Source: Dimorphilus gyrociliatus (taxonomy: Eukaryota; Animalia; Annelida). Taken from it: a stretch of DNA of 64,000 bases. The notes under the pieces are model-generated. The model worked only from the letters and a program-made list of their open reading frames with translations, was not told where the DNA came from and made no database searches. The stretch spans positions 682,001 through 746,000 of the forward strand of contig CAJFCJ010000003.1 in NCBI GenBank assembly GCA_904063045.1, in the 5' to 3' direction. Shown piece by piece: positions 37,993 through 51,491 of the stretch. The translations under genes were made by a program, and so were the position numbers. Each line of letters opens with the position of its first letter. Position 1 is the first letter of the stretch.

Positions 37993-40357
37993 ACACACAC
38001 ACACATAAACTCGAGAAAAGCTTAGAATTAGCTGTGGGAAAAAAGCGACCAGAACTGGAAAATATCTTTTAAGACAGATTGTAAATTATAAATTATAATA
38101 ATCTATTTTTAGATGAAAATATTCCTTAAAATGATTATCTTAGGGGATAATTTTGTCAGCATTTTTAACTTTTTTCTAGTTCTATGGCATTAAATTATTA
38201 AATTATTATGTTAAATGACTGTGTAATATAAACTCTTTGCGAAAGACAGCTCACAAAACACGCATACACACATTCTCTATCTACCTATCTATCTATCTAT
38301 CAGTATATATCCCCAGCAATCTATTTTTCTCTTTGCTTCCCTATGTTTACATATATAAATTATGCGATTCTAATTCTGCCGACTTTCAATTGAATTATGG
38401 TAACATGGCGTTGTTTTTCTTCAGGAGCCGGCTGAGTGTGTTTAATCAAATTTTTGCCGTAGTATTGTAATTAAGAAATCAGCGACCGCCAAAATTTTGC
38501 CCAGCAATTAAGCTTTATTAGATTTATACTATTAAATCCCATTTTACATATATCTATTTATAGTAATATATAAATCTATATAGAAATGAAACAAATTAAA
38601 AAAATACTAACTAGGTGGCGCATCATTATTATTTAGGTTTCTTTCTTCCAAATCGACTTTTCTCGAAAAAGGGATAGAAAAGCTTTGAAAATTGTAGGTC
38701 ATGTTAATGAAAGATAGAGAAGAGACATTTCCTTTTGATGGGGAATTCCGCTTCCTTATTCTGGATAAAATTCGTTAACTTTCCATTAAGGAATTTCATA
38801 GTCTGGAAGAAAAAATCTGAATGATCCTTGGCAATCATCCCTAAATCCTCCATAGATTCCCTTCAGTGTTGAATTTCTATATAAATAAAAACCAATGAAA
38901 TCTATAGTTATAATTAATTTAAAATCCTCTTTCATATAAAAAGAAAGTTCTCCCTTTTTTTAAAAGTTATTTTTAGAAAGTATTCTGTTAAGGAACAAAG
39001 GAAGAAATAAAAAGAATTTGGTCTGGTTAGAGCTAATAATTAGGACTACAAACCTAAATTTTGTCTGAAGAAAACTAGTGACAATTCAATTTTACGCCCG
39101 ACAGATCCATGCGAAGGAGTATTTTGTCCTGACCATTCTGTATGTCAACTGACAAAAGACAGACGAGGGGAATGTTTTTGTAATAGTAATTGTTCGCATC
39201 TACCGAAAAAATCTGTAAGTATAGTTTAAATTTCAAATACTTTATATTATAATTATGTTTTAAAAAACCTTTATTTGCTTTTTCCTTCTTTTCGCCTCAT
39301 TTTTTTAAATAACTCCGCCCCTTTCCTTTTTCCTTGTTAATAATAATCAACATATTCTAGACAAATAATAAATCGAATTTATCAATTAGGTAAGATTCTA
39401 TAGTCTGTTATTAAATGAAAATTCGATGTATTAGTGTAATTATTAAGGATTAAGTCGACCGAACTACTTTGCTAATCGAATCACGCTTATCGACCATATT
39501 GGGGAGAGCGTTGGGAATTTTTACTATAATCCAATACTATATACAGACAACTTTATATTTATATATAAAAGGCCTCTACCCTTCATCCCTACCCTTTATC
39601 CTTTTACTCTATCGTTCCTCACTTACATTAGAGGATCGAAAAAGGTTTTAAAAATCGAAACAACAAACATTCACAATATACTTTAATAATAATACAATGT
39701 TCTTTTTTCTTCTATCTATTTAGATATGCGGAACAGATGGTGTTACCTATTCAAATGAATGTTTCATGAAGTTTCAGTCTTGTAAAACTGGAAAGAATAT
39801 AAAAATATTTCAAAGGAAAAAATGCGACGATTGTAAGTTGAAATTTCTAATATATACTGTATATTAATTAGAGATGATTTAAACAAGCAATAATAGACAC
39901 CTCTTTGTCCCTCTTGTAAATCTAAATAAAATTATAGAAAGATGGTTAAATAAAAGAAATGTAATAGGCCAGAAACATCTGTAAAAATTCTTATGCCTAA
40001 CAAGAACTGATTAGATAAAACCGTATAAGGGTGAATGCATTACGAGTTGCAATTTTTTAGAGTGACAGTTGGTTGTTGACTTTGATCTATCCCAATGGAA
40101 TTTTACTCTAGTGTTTTCCTACCAAATAAATTCCTCTATATATTTGCATTTAAGAGAGAGAGGGGAAGTTCTCTATCTTTAAGCCTATCAAATACTTCCA
40201 ACGTCCATTGCATTTTCTCTTTATTTTAGGTTCGTGCTATGGATAGTATACTACATATAAGCAAAAGAGGGTTTCTAGTAGACTCTTATACAAGATTAAT
40301 AATTTTAATGGTTTATACCACTAGTCACTTAAGCGGATTGAGCAGAATAAAAAAGGA

Positions 40358-40394
<37 letters not shown>

Positions 40395-43300
40395 GAGAGA
40401 GAGAGGGAGAGAGAGAGAAAGAGAGACAGATAGATAGATAGACAGAGAGACAGATAGACATGTTTATTCTCCATTAGTAAGATACTTAATTGTTTAATTA
40501 AACATTCAAAACAAAGTTATCATTACTTGTCTTTGTCTTATTAGTGATACTTTTAGATATTTCAAAAATATCAATATATAAATTTTCATACCAGTTTATT
40601 CAAAGAAAAAAACCTAGTAAACATATATTGCTGGACAGTAACTAACACTTATTCTAAATAGACTTTTTATATGCATATGATATATTGTTCTTGACTACTT
40701 ATAAGTTATTTTATCTCTTCTTTAGTTTCTTATTAGAAAGTGTTCGCTTATATGACATTTCCATCCCAACCTCAATCCAATACATGTCTTGAAACGAGCG
40801 TTGTGGGGTCCATTTTCGTGAATAATTAATATTTTGACTTATAGTAATGGTATTTAAAAGTGTGATAGAGTTGATGAAGTTTTTAAAGAGAATTAAAGAG
40901 AAAGATTCCGATGCAGATACATAGAGAGGGAGAGAGAAATTTGTGTAACGTAAAGGGAAAGAGGAAACAAAATTAGTAGTAAAAGATAATACTTGGAAGG
41001 AGAAACGTGTCAATTACACGATTTCAGCAATTATTACCTTTCCCTAAAGTAGGCCAGCAACACTTATCACAGCAGAAATATACTCACTGTAGCGCAACAG
41101 ACCCTTTAATGCTAGCTTGAGGGAACGTTAAAATAAATGTATTTCTGATATTATCTATTTTTCCTTAAATAAGTTTGAGAATATATCTCAAAAAGAGGTT
41201 GGGAAACGTTTAAGAATGAATTATTCAAAGAAGCCTTTATCTAGCTAGTCAGAAGCGCTGACGTAAAGCCGAATATTGCAGTCATTTATCCAGATTAGTT
41301 CCTTCAGTTTAGTTCACTCTTTTTTCATTCCTCTCATCTTATTTTCTTACTATCCTGCTATATATCGGTCTTGTCTTTTTCTTTTTCTAACAAAAAACTT
41401 AATGGGCTCATTTCTAAAAAAGCAGCCAATCCAGATGTGCAAGTAAATGACGGAAGAGCAGTTGTTGATGGTATTCCCAATCACTATATCATTTATCAAA
41501 ATATATACTTGTTTTATCGATCAGCATCGAAAAAAACGTCACAAAAACACAATATTGAGATGAAAAATATTCGATCACGTGATTTACAGTAAATGTTTCG
41601 TTCACGAATCACTAATATCTTTACAATGTGAATAATTAAGGATTGCATATATATAAAAAAAGGTCTAATTCTAAACACTGCACGAAAATGTTCACCTCAT
41701 TTCCGCCTTTCTGTTTTATATCTGACTAAAAATTCTCTAAAGGGTTTTTTATTTTTCTTCAGTTCATCATCCTTGTTCCTCTTTGAACTGCAAGACACAC
41801 AGAGGAGAATATTGTATGCTCGACCCGATGAATCACTTTGAGCCGAAATGTGTTTGCCCTCCTCCTTGCCCAAAGATGATGAAACCAGTTTGTGGAACCG
41901 ACGGACGAAATTACGACTCACCCTGTCATTTAATAAGGCACGCCTGCAGGAAGGGTTTAGACCTGGCAGAGGCGTATAGTGGTCAATGTAACCCTGACAG
42001 TGCAGCCTGCCAAACAGTTAAATGTCCATATAACGGAATTTGTATATTGGAATATTCGGGAACCAAATGCGTCTGTCCAACCTGTACAAACGAAACTCGA
42101 TGGGTTTGCGGTTCGGACCATGTAGATTATAGAAATGAATGCCAATTGAAGAGATATAGTTGCCTAAATAGAAAAAACGTTCGAGTCGCAAATTTTGGGC
42201 GATGCGACAAATGTACTTTAGGCTTAAAAAAGTGTAAATTTGGTGCAATATGTCAAACCAGACAAGGAAAAGCAAAATGCATTTGTCCGCAAAATTGCCC
42301 AAATATTATAGCTCCTGTTTGCGGGTCTGATGGGTTTATTTACGACAACGAGTGCAAATTAACCGCCGAGGCTTGCCGACAGCAAAGTAATATTACAGTT
42401 TATTCACAAGGGACTCTAGGCTGCGGTAAGTATTACTAAAAAATATATATAGAAAAAAAACAAAGAGAATAGAATTTCTTTCTTGTCTAAATAGAGAAAA
42501 CTAAGAATGAGATCATGAATAATTGAATAATAATTGATAATTAATAGTTAATAAGATTTTAGTCTATATTGCTAATATTTATTTAATCTTTGATATTATT
42601 TAAAATTTCATTCCTATATTCTTTATCTTTATCTAATAATCCTTTTCCTTCTGTTTATCTTTTTTACTATCTACGCTTAACATAGCTTATAAAAAGTTAA
42701 CTTGGCGAACATTTGTGAGGAGGCATACTCGTAAAAGTCTGTTTTTCTCATAGTCAACAAAACAATACTACGGGCAATCACAACCACTTTCCATAATCTC
42801 TTTAGAAAGATGGTCCTAATGATTAATAATGACGGCTTATGATGAAAATAGGCTTATGTCATTTATAGGTTATTAATTGGAGAGAGGACAGCTTTAGAAG
42901 CTTTAGATTGATAAGAGAATAGAATTATTTACGTACAGAGAGATAGGCGACGCTTTTAAAAACAATAGAATAAGGACCATCTATCTAAAACGAATGTGAT
43001 ATGGCATGATAGATAGTTTTTAAAAGGAAAAAGCAACAACGACTTTACAAATCATTCACGTCGTTTCATAAAAACAAATAAGCCTATTCACTAAGTATTT
43101 AAAACTCAATTTGTAAAAGGAAATTTTTATAAGAGAACTCTATAGAGACAAACGAAAAACATTATGCATATCGTGATGAATACTCTATTAAATTTCCTTC
43201 TCCCATCTTAACGGCACAAATTAGATTCGAACAGCACGTAAAAGTCTTTTTATAAAAGCCAGCAATCGCAACCTACCTACCACAAACTGCAATTCGATCG

Positions 43301-46300
43301 TTCACATTCATAAAACTATTTATATGCATAGGCATAGGTCGTTACTTACTTACCAAAATCGCTTATTTTACTGCTTCTTTATTAGTCTTGTTCGAAGAAC
43401 AAGTAATTTCTATAGGCCTACTCTAATATTATTCTAAAGTATAGTTTTAAAAAAGGGAAGAAAGGATAAAAACATTTTATGGGGGATATATAAATTCGAA
43501 TTAAACATAAACTAAAGCTATAAAATGAGAAATAAAGATATGGGGAGGGAAGGGGGAAAAGGGAAGATAGAAAGAGAGTGAGAGAGAGAAGGGGGAAGGG
43601 GAAAGAGCGAGCGAGAGCCGAGATAGCGCACAGGGAGTAAAGAGCCATTTCTGACTCAATTGACTTTAGATGCAAAATATATTCTTCTCACAATTGCTGA
43701 ACAGTAATTAAGTATTGGTTGAGACGTAACGTCTAATAAATCGTTCTAATTCATCGCATGGGATTTAATCAACCTATGTAATAATTAGAAACGTTCCAAT
43801 TAAAAAAGTATTGATTCAAAAACCGAGGGGGAGAGAGAGAGAGAAAGAGAAAGGATAATTGTTTTTTTTTTCTTCCTCTTTTCTTGACGTCTCTTTACCA
43901 TTCAAAGCAAGAGAGTTTATTACACAATACAACACAATATCCATAAGAGTATATCATCATTGCTTATGTGTTTAGTTTTCTTATGTTTATTTATTAAGGT
44001 CAATTAAAGTTATCTCACTCTGTGAACGTTATTCACACGTGCACAAAATGAATTTGATTAGAGACCTTTTCCATTGCTTTTTATTTATTAACATATGAGT
44101 TTATATTTCTAACAGAAGGATGCAGAAACGTCAAATGCGATTACTATGCACATTGCCGAAATGGTGAATGTATTTGTCCAAATTGCGATGGGCATGGCGT
44201 TGAACCTGTTTGCGGATCTGATAATAAACAATATGAAAACAAATGTATTTTGGAAAGATTAGCCTGTCACGAAAGACGAAGATTAACGGTTGAAATTGAT
44301 GGTCCTTGCGAGGATGAATTTAGCGGAGAGGGCTCCGGTAGCGGCCCAGAGTGTAAAGAAGATCATTGTTACTATGGAAGATGCGAGGTTGTTAATGATG
44401 AAGATACTTGCATCTGTAAAGAAGCAGAAATCTGTAGCGATATAGATAAGAATCCATTTACGATTTGCTTATCTAATGGTACAATATTAAATAGTTGGTG
44501 TCAGCTTAGAATTGAAAGTTGTAAGTCTGGTATTGAATTGAAACATCGACCAAAGGAGGAATGCGATGTAAGATATAAAGATACAGATTCCAAATATTGT
44601 TATGGCAAAGATGTTCCCGTTTTACCCAATGGAGAATTCCAGAAATGTCGTCTAGGAGAAGATTGCCGCCAAGGATTACAATGCCATTTCCTTTCTGGTA
44701 TTAAAAGCCACGGATATTGTTGTCCAGATGGTAAGTCTAAACTAATAAAACTTACATATTGTACCATTACTTATATTCAAATATACTTGTTAGATATAAT
44801 TATATAATTTAGGTACAGAAAAATGAATATTCTTATTAATATTAAAATAAGTTAATATAAAATATTTATATTAATAGCAATATGAATATTCATATTATCT
44901 AATTTTAATATTACAACAACGTATAAATGTTTATTTTATTAAATTGAGAGTATTATCATAATGATCTTAATTAATATTCATAATTTATTTAACATCTATA
45001 TACATCTTGATTATGTGTTGTATATATACAGTATATACAGTATAAACTGTACATATATATACATATATAACATAAAAAATACTATAAATTAACTAGTTGC
45101 GCTTCTTATTGATTAGATTGTTTTTATTGTTTATGATTTTTAATTTATTTATCATTTTTTGCGTTCAAGTTTTTTTGATTTTAGTTAAAAAAAAATGAAA
45201 CTATTTTCCTAACCCTTTATGTAGTGAAAATCGTTGTTTAAACCCTGACGTTTTAGATTCTGATTCGTGGGAAAAAGATTATGATGTCAATGTTGCTGAT
45301 CAAGTAATAACTGGTATGTTTTGTTAAAAAAAAACAAACAAACGAACAAAAAATACCTTCCATTTTTTTAATAACTAAAAAAAAAAACAACAACAACAAA
45401 ACAGCAGAGTGTCTCTCTTTTTCCAGTCTTTTTTCCAAATTGGGGTGACGGTTGCACTGCAAAAGAAAAACCTTTCGCGCGATGAATCGACGGCAATCTA
45501 TCCCTCTATAATTCTTTTCAGCAATATTAATAACTCTTTTGAAAAAAAACTGTAATAAGGTTTACTTCTTTTGTTATGGATATATAAAATCTACTTTATA
45601 TAATCTATGGTGCTTCTTATACAGTATGCAGTATATACTGCATAAATGTAAGAAACATATAGATACCTTATTACAATTTCTTAACTTACGCACTGATTTG
45701 ATTTTGCGTTTTTTTTCGTCGATTCTCCGCCAAAAAGTTTTGCCTTGACTCTTCTAGCTAGATGCTAATTCAATAGTTTCTCGACAATAGAGTCTAACTT
45801 AAAAGAATAGAAACCATCCAAAAGTGTTTTAGAAACAAAATTAGTAACCTTAACAGATATGGACTGCCAAGGTTGGAAATACGGCTGCTGCCCCGATGGA
45901 ACATTTGCAACAGGCCCAAATAAAAAGGGTTGTAATCCAGGTATATATCCTCAAAACAGAATGCCCTTCTTGCTTTCAATGTTTTTGATTAGTAAAGATA
46001 TTTTTGTGCAGCCAATTTTTGTAGAGGCGCAATTTTCACTCAAAATAGTTCAGGCTCTTTTTTTTGACGTCTGGTCTACAAATTTTTTCTCAATTTTGAA
46101 ACAAATCACCAATTTTTCTTTTTCTCTTTTTATTTAGAAATTTAATTCTAAACGTTTGTCTTTGTATTCCTATAACTATCTCTTTTTAATTAATTGAGTT
46201 ATTGATTAACTAATTAATTATACTTAGATTTAATCTTTTTATAATTAATTAATAAAAGCCGATTGTTATTTTCTTAATTTAAAGAAGACAAACAAAGAGT

Positions 46301-49274
46301 TAAATCTTTAAATCGTCTTTATTTTGAGTGGGGAGAGAGGGAAGAAAACAGCTCACTGTAGAAAGAAACTTCAATTAAATATCTCATTCCACTACTGCAG
46401 ATAACTGTCGTTGCAATGAATTAGGAGCGTATTCCATTGCTTGCAACAATAGAGGCGGTTGTAACTGTAGGACTGGTGTCGGAGGAAAGTTGTGTGATAG
46501 ATGCGAATCCGGCTACTGGGGTCTATATTTGATTAAGGATGGAGCTGATGGTTGTAAGCCATGCGACTGTTCTGGTGGAGCGGCCAGAGACGATTGCGAT
46601 CAACAAACTGGAAATTGTACATGTAAAGGGGGAATGTCTGGAGCAAAGTGTAACATTTGTCCTGACGGTAAAAAATATGACGAAAAAACCGGATGCAGTA
46701 AATTAGACAACAGATGTGATTGTCATCCCTTCGGTAAATGTGTACCAGAAACGGCTTCTTGCGAATGCCCTTGGGACTGCGACGATCATCGAAAAGGGCA
46801 CAGAGTTTGTGGAACCGATAGTAAAACGTACGACGATATTTGCCAGTTGAAATTTACCGCATGTCGTCTTCATTCTAAGCTGAATTTGCGATCGATGGGT
46901 CCCTGTCCAAGCACTAATAAGAGGACAACAAGACAATTGAGGGTAACGAGGGAGAGCACACTAAAAACAACTGAAAGTCCGATTATAATTTCCAAGTCAA
47001 ATGAACCTTGTAACCATGACGATGACTGTGGCAGATTGGCCCTTTGTGAGAACCAAGTTTGTAAATGTTTATATGAACTGATGGAGGTTAACAATCAATG
47101 GCTATGTACAAAAGGTGGGTCCAAAAATTTGAAAGCTATAGTAACCTAATTATAATTGGCCTTTTTGTTACAATACAAAATAGACGCTTGGGACGATTCT
47201 CCAGCTTTTAATGAAAATAGCTATATGAAATTGAAGTGGCCGGCATCAATTTCAGATTCTGTTACTATAAAAATGAGCTTTAAAAGCTTTAACGATGACG
47301 CATTGTTACTTTTCGGTTTCGATCATCAAAAGCCTTCAGCCGACTTCATTAAGATTACCATTGAAAAAAGACATATTGTGTTTACGTATGTATAATCAAA
47401 ATAATATATAATATCAATAGTATCTATAATCTCATCCTATCTATATCTCATAAATAAACAGCTTAGACGTTGGAGCTGGACCGGAAGTGTTTCGAATGAA
47501 AACTAAAATACTCAAAGGTGTTAAACATCGCCTACAAATTGCAAGAAATAGGAAGCGGGTTCATATGCTATTGGACGATAGTGAAAAAGAGTTTGAACTA
47601 AAGAAAAGCGACTATACTGTACTGAGCGTTGACAATCACTTTTTCCTTGGAGGGCTTAAACATAAATTACCGTCGAAAATGAAAAATCGGCTCGGATCAT
47701 GGGTCGGTTTCGTAGGATGTGTATACGATTTGAAAGTAAAAGGTTCCCAAGGTACGAAAATTGAATATAACCTGGAAATGGGATCAAATCATATTCACGA
47801 CGAGAAAAACATAATGAAGTGCAGAGAGCACGGCTGTTCATTATTACCATGCATGAATGACGCTAAATGTCGTCATGATCCTATAAAGCCGTATCCCTAC
47901 GCTTGCGAATGTTCACCGGGTTATAGTGGTAGAACATGTGAAATTTTAGATTTGAAACCGTGCGCAAGTAATCCTTGTCAAAATGGTGGACTATGCGAAG
48001 AGGTTAACAATGAATTCAAGTGTATATGCCCAAAAGATAGAACGGGAATAACCTGCGAAGTCAAAAATGAAATAACATCACCAAGTTTTGATGGGAAATC
48101 TCTCATAGTCTTGAAATTAAATGATAGGATTATGAGAACTTATTTTAAATATGAAATTATTTTTAGACCAAAAGCGGAAACTGGTGTTCTTTTGTATTGT
48201 GGGGCAAGTAATAGCTCGAAAAGTACAGATTTCTTTTCGGTCGTTCTAGAAGATGGATACGTGGTCTTCCGATTTCAGCTAGGTTCCGGTGTTACCTTAG
48301 TTACCTCTAAAGAAAAAGTATTGATGAATGATTGGAACAGATTAATGTTTCAAAGGGATAAGAAACAAGGATGGATGGAACTTAATTCTATAAGATCCTA
48401 TAATAAATCGACTAAAAAGTCTGAAGATATGAACGTCGATGGAATCTTCTATGTTGGTGGTATAGATAAGAAAATGTCTCCCGAATCGGGTGTAAAATAT
48501 GGTTTTATAGGTGCCATTCAATCGTTAGAAGATACTTACGGAACAAAGCATAATCTAGTGAAAGAGGCTTTAAAAATTCAAGGAATTACTCAATCGCCCG
48601 ACGATCCATGCAATAACTCACCTTGCATGAACCAAGGAAAATGTATAGCGGAGATGGCTTTATTTATATGTAAATGTACGGTCGATTACGGAGGAAGACT
48701 ATGTCGAGAGAGAAGATACCATCCCGACAAACCTGTTAAGTTTCATGGGAATTTATTTTTGAAGTTATTAAATAATGGAACAAAAAAGATAAAAGCGCAA
48801 GAAAAAAATCATATATCATTAATGTTAAGGTCAACAGCTGAAGAAGGAATAATTCTCGTATCGAAGAAGATATTTAGTATCTCTGAAGATTATTTATTGT
48901 TATATCTTTCTAGAGGCTATTTACAGCTGGCCTATAATCTTGGAAAGAACAATCATAAGAATATTTTTACTCTTAAATCAAACTCATTTGTAAGCGATGG
49001 ATACTGGCATAATATTACACTAATAAGAAAACAGAGAAAGGCTACTGTTCAAGTTGATGGAACTTATGTTATTGAGGGTTCATGTGATCCTGGTAGAACT
49101 CAATTAAATACCGATGGCTTCCTATGGTTTGGAGGTTTACCAAAACCTTTGAAATATTCTCATACTAAAGACGGATTTGTAGGATGTCTTAAAGACGTTG
49201 TTATAGAAGGTAAAGAGGTCCTTTTATCTCACGCCGAGAACGCTGCGTCTTTAAATTTGGAATATTGTGATTAG
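24682..49274 (+). CDS. AGRN: Agrin, secreted NtA isoform; 12 exons: 24682-25138, 33422-33509, 34517-34647, 36463-36699, 39105-39214, 39724-39832, 41763-42425, 44116-44730, 45857-45940, 46401-47114, 47184-47385, 47462-49274; 1740 aa
   Basis: Signal peptide and NtA domain (ADVVLAATV, GLGNPKICDN, RDTRIFL, LNSSLVRITLNN). Then 8 follistatin/Kazal domains, YGCCPDG repeat, 2 laminin-EGF domains, a 9th follistatin, S/T linker, and EGF-LG1-EGF-EGF-LG2-EGF-LG3. All junctions are GT-AG and in phase (5223 nt). Confidence 0.95.
33132..33309 (+). CDS. AGRN: Candidate alternative first exon of agrin encoding a type II transmembrane N-terminus
   Basis: MPKIHSQLLNSSVKTDRK-LVFTLLLTLLWLSVAVGMLLFA-THFADTVYKPRKRIDIFSN. 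Phase-1 donor G|GTTTGT at 33310 joins acceptor 33422 to give ..FSN-D-PCRVITC (follistatin 1). Confidence 0.7.
36331..36344 (+). promoter_or_regulatory. CTCF-like motif CACTAGATGGCGCA ~45 bp upstream of the candidate third agrin ATG
   Basis: Near-perfect match to the CTCF core. Confidence 0.4.
36387..36699 (+). CDS. AGRN: Candidate third agrin start: signal-peptide-like extension in frame with the follistatin-2 exon
   Basis: ATG 36387 gives MLTVQSVLILLISIKIVNNCYMYPP, running directly into DVRDPC. The frame is open from at least 36273 to the internal acceptor at 36462. Confidence 0.45.
40359..40460. repeat. Compound (AG)n/(GATA)n/(GACA)n microsatellite
   Basis: Read directly; in an agrin intron. 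Confidence 0.9.
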
Positions 49275-50288
49275 GATGCATTTAGGTAGCTATGTATAGA
49301 GAGAATAATTATATATGAGTTTTTCATCTATATGTGATTGTGTTCAGTATTTTTACGTGTAAAAATTTTTTTTTGTTTATTTTGTTTTTTTTTTCACTGT
49401 CAAAAATACAAAGGAGAACTAATATTTTGTTTTATTCTTCGACTATTTTCTCTCTCTCTCTCTCTCTTCTTTTTTACTGCACTTTCATTTTTCAAAATCA
49501 CATCAAAACGAATTCTTAAGGATTTAATAAAACTAATTTTAACTATATTTTCATTTTTATTTCAATAGTTTATCTGTCTTTGTAAACTTAAAAAAGTTCT
49601 TCACAGAGTATCACAACTATTCCTATCATATAGCTTTATTTAGTTATATAAACAGATGAGAATGATATATTTACCAACTAAATCGAATTTCTGTTGTGAA
49701 AATTCAATAATACAGAAAAAGAACAACTAAAAATTTCGGTACCGATCACTACCAAATAAAGTTAGCAACACCCTTGGGAAAGGTATTGAAAGCTTATTTA
49801 TAATTTATGTTACTATCTTGAATAGCATAATTTATATTTGTTAAAGATAACTTTCTCAATATAAACTTTAATTCAATTTAATCTTCAAATATACTGTATA
49901 TATACAACTCAAATTAATTAGACACTTTTCCAAGAAAAAGAGACAGGGTGAACTTTCTGCATAATTCTATTTTTTTTTAGACTAGTTCTACTCTAGAAAA
50001 GTAGAGTATGTTGTTACTTTTCTATCATTGAATTTATATATAGTTCTTCTAATGGAAAGTTGGGCTTTTTATTGGCAATAAAAAGAAAATTTTATCAAAA
50101 GATCTAGTTTTAGTAATAACATAGTTGAATGGCTAATTTTGGACTATCATTATCCATTATTATGTGTTTTGTGCTCTGGAGAATACAACCACGTCGTTTG
50201 TATGATAGTCACGTGATAGATGAATCCCCGCTCCATGCGCTTGTTACCAGTCTATTCCGAACAACCAACGCATAAAAGCATTTAAAGA

Positions 50289-50297
50289 TTTCCCGCG
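50289..50297 (+). promoter_or_regulatory. E2F-type site TTTCCCGCG upstream of ZNF367
   Basis: Exact TTTSSCGC match 31 bp before the ATG, next to TTTAAA (CHR-like, 50281-50286). Confidence 0.4.
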
Positions 50298-50327
50298 TTT
50301 TTTTTTTGGACAAAAAGCACTTGGAAT

Positions 50328-51256
50328 ATGTCATTGTTTAGCCCTCTGGCTTGCAAATTACCTCAGAAAAGTGAGAAAACTCCTCTATTTCAAAGTAATG
50401 TATCTGTTTTTACGGAGGGGAACGGAGCATGCCGAAAACTTCTCTGGAGTCCTCCATTATCGCGTGGATCTTATGATTCGCCCGATTCTACTGCTAAGAG
50501 AGGTCGGCCAAAACTCATTTCACTGGCCAATTTCCATCAAGAAAGCCCGAATGAAGTTGGAGAACTTCAATGCTCTTATTGTGGAAGGACTTTTCCCAAA
50601 TGGAAATGTTTAAAGGCTCATATATTAACTCATACCGGAGAGAAGCCATTCAAATGCGATTTTCCTGGGTGTGAAAAAAAATTTAGACAAGGTGGCCAAT
50701 TAAAAACCCATCAGAGATTACATACGGGGGAGAAGCCGTTTTGCTGTTCAATCGAAGGTATTTTTATAGTGAATTCATTTTTCTAATGTATAATTCATTC
50801 TTTGGTTGTTTGTCTAACGAAGGTTGCGAATATAAGTTTGCTCACGTTAATCGCCATTGCCCAATGCATCCCTCAACTCCATTGAAAAAACAGGATACTA
50901 CTCTCTCCATAAAAGCTAAAATAGAATTGGAAGGAAATGAAGAAAAAAGAAATTGGCTACAAAAGTACGTTGTTAACTACTTCTTCGTTTTGAATGAATT
51001 TTGTTAATATGCAAATTTAACTATTTTCTCACATAGATACTTGACAAGATCTTACGCACTTAAAGCATATCCTAATGAAAATGACCAATCCATGATTATC
51101 AAGAAACCGTCGAAGACGGTCAAGCGTCTAAGTTATGAGGTAGATGAGAAGAAGCCAGGTTTTCAATTTAATACGGCAAGCCCTCGAAAGAGGAAAGAAA
51201 TTGCTGATAAAATTGATGGTGCACTGGCTCTAGTCGCTTTGTCTCAAGCATTCTAA
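50328..51256 (+). CDS. ZNF367: Zinc finger protein 367-like (exons 50328-50757, 50823-50964, 51037-51256; 263 aa)
   Basis: ZNF367 hallmarks: RGRP before finger 1, GQLKTHQRLHTGEKPF, third C2HC-type unit GC..KFAHVNRHCPMHP, C-terminal GALALVAL. Phase-consistent splicing (792 nt). Confidence 0.85.
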
Positions 51257-51459
51257 AAATCCCCTTGAAAAATTTTTAAATCATTCTCATTATCTACATT
51301 ATTTTTACTCTTAAAGAAAGTTGTATACATGTTCTCTACATCTATAAGTATTTTTTTCATTTTTACTTTTAAAGATATATATGTATATGTGAATATATAT
51401 ATATATATAAAAGATTATAGATAAGCACATTTTTCCAACATATATGCTACATTCTGTTG

Positions 51460-51491
<32 letters not shown>

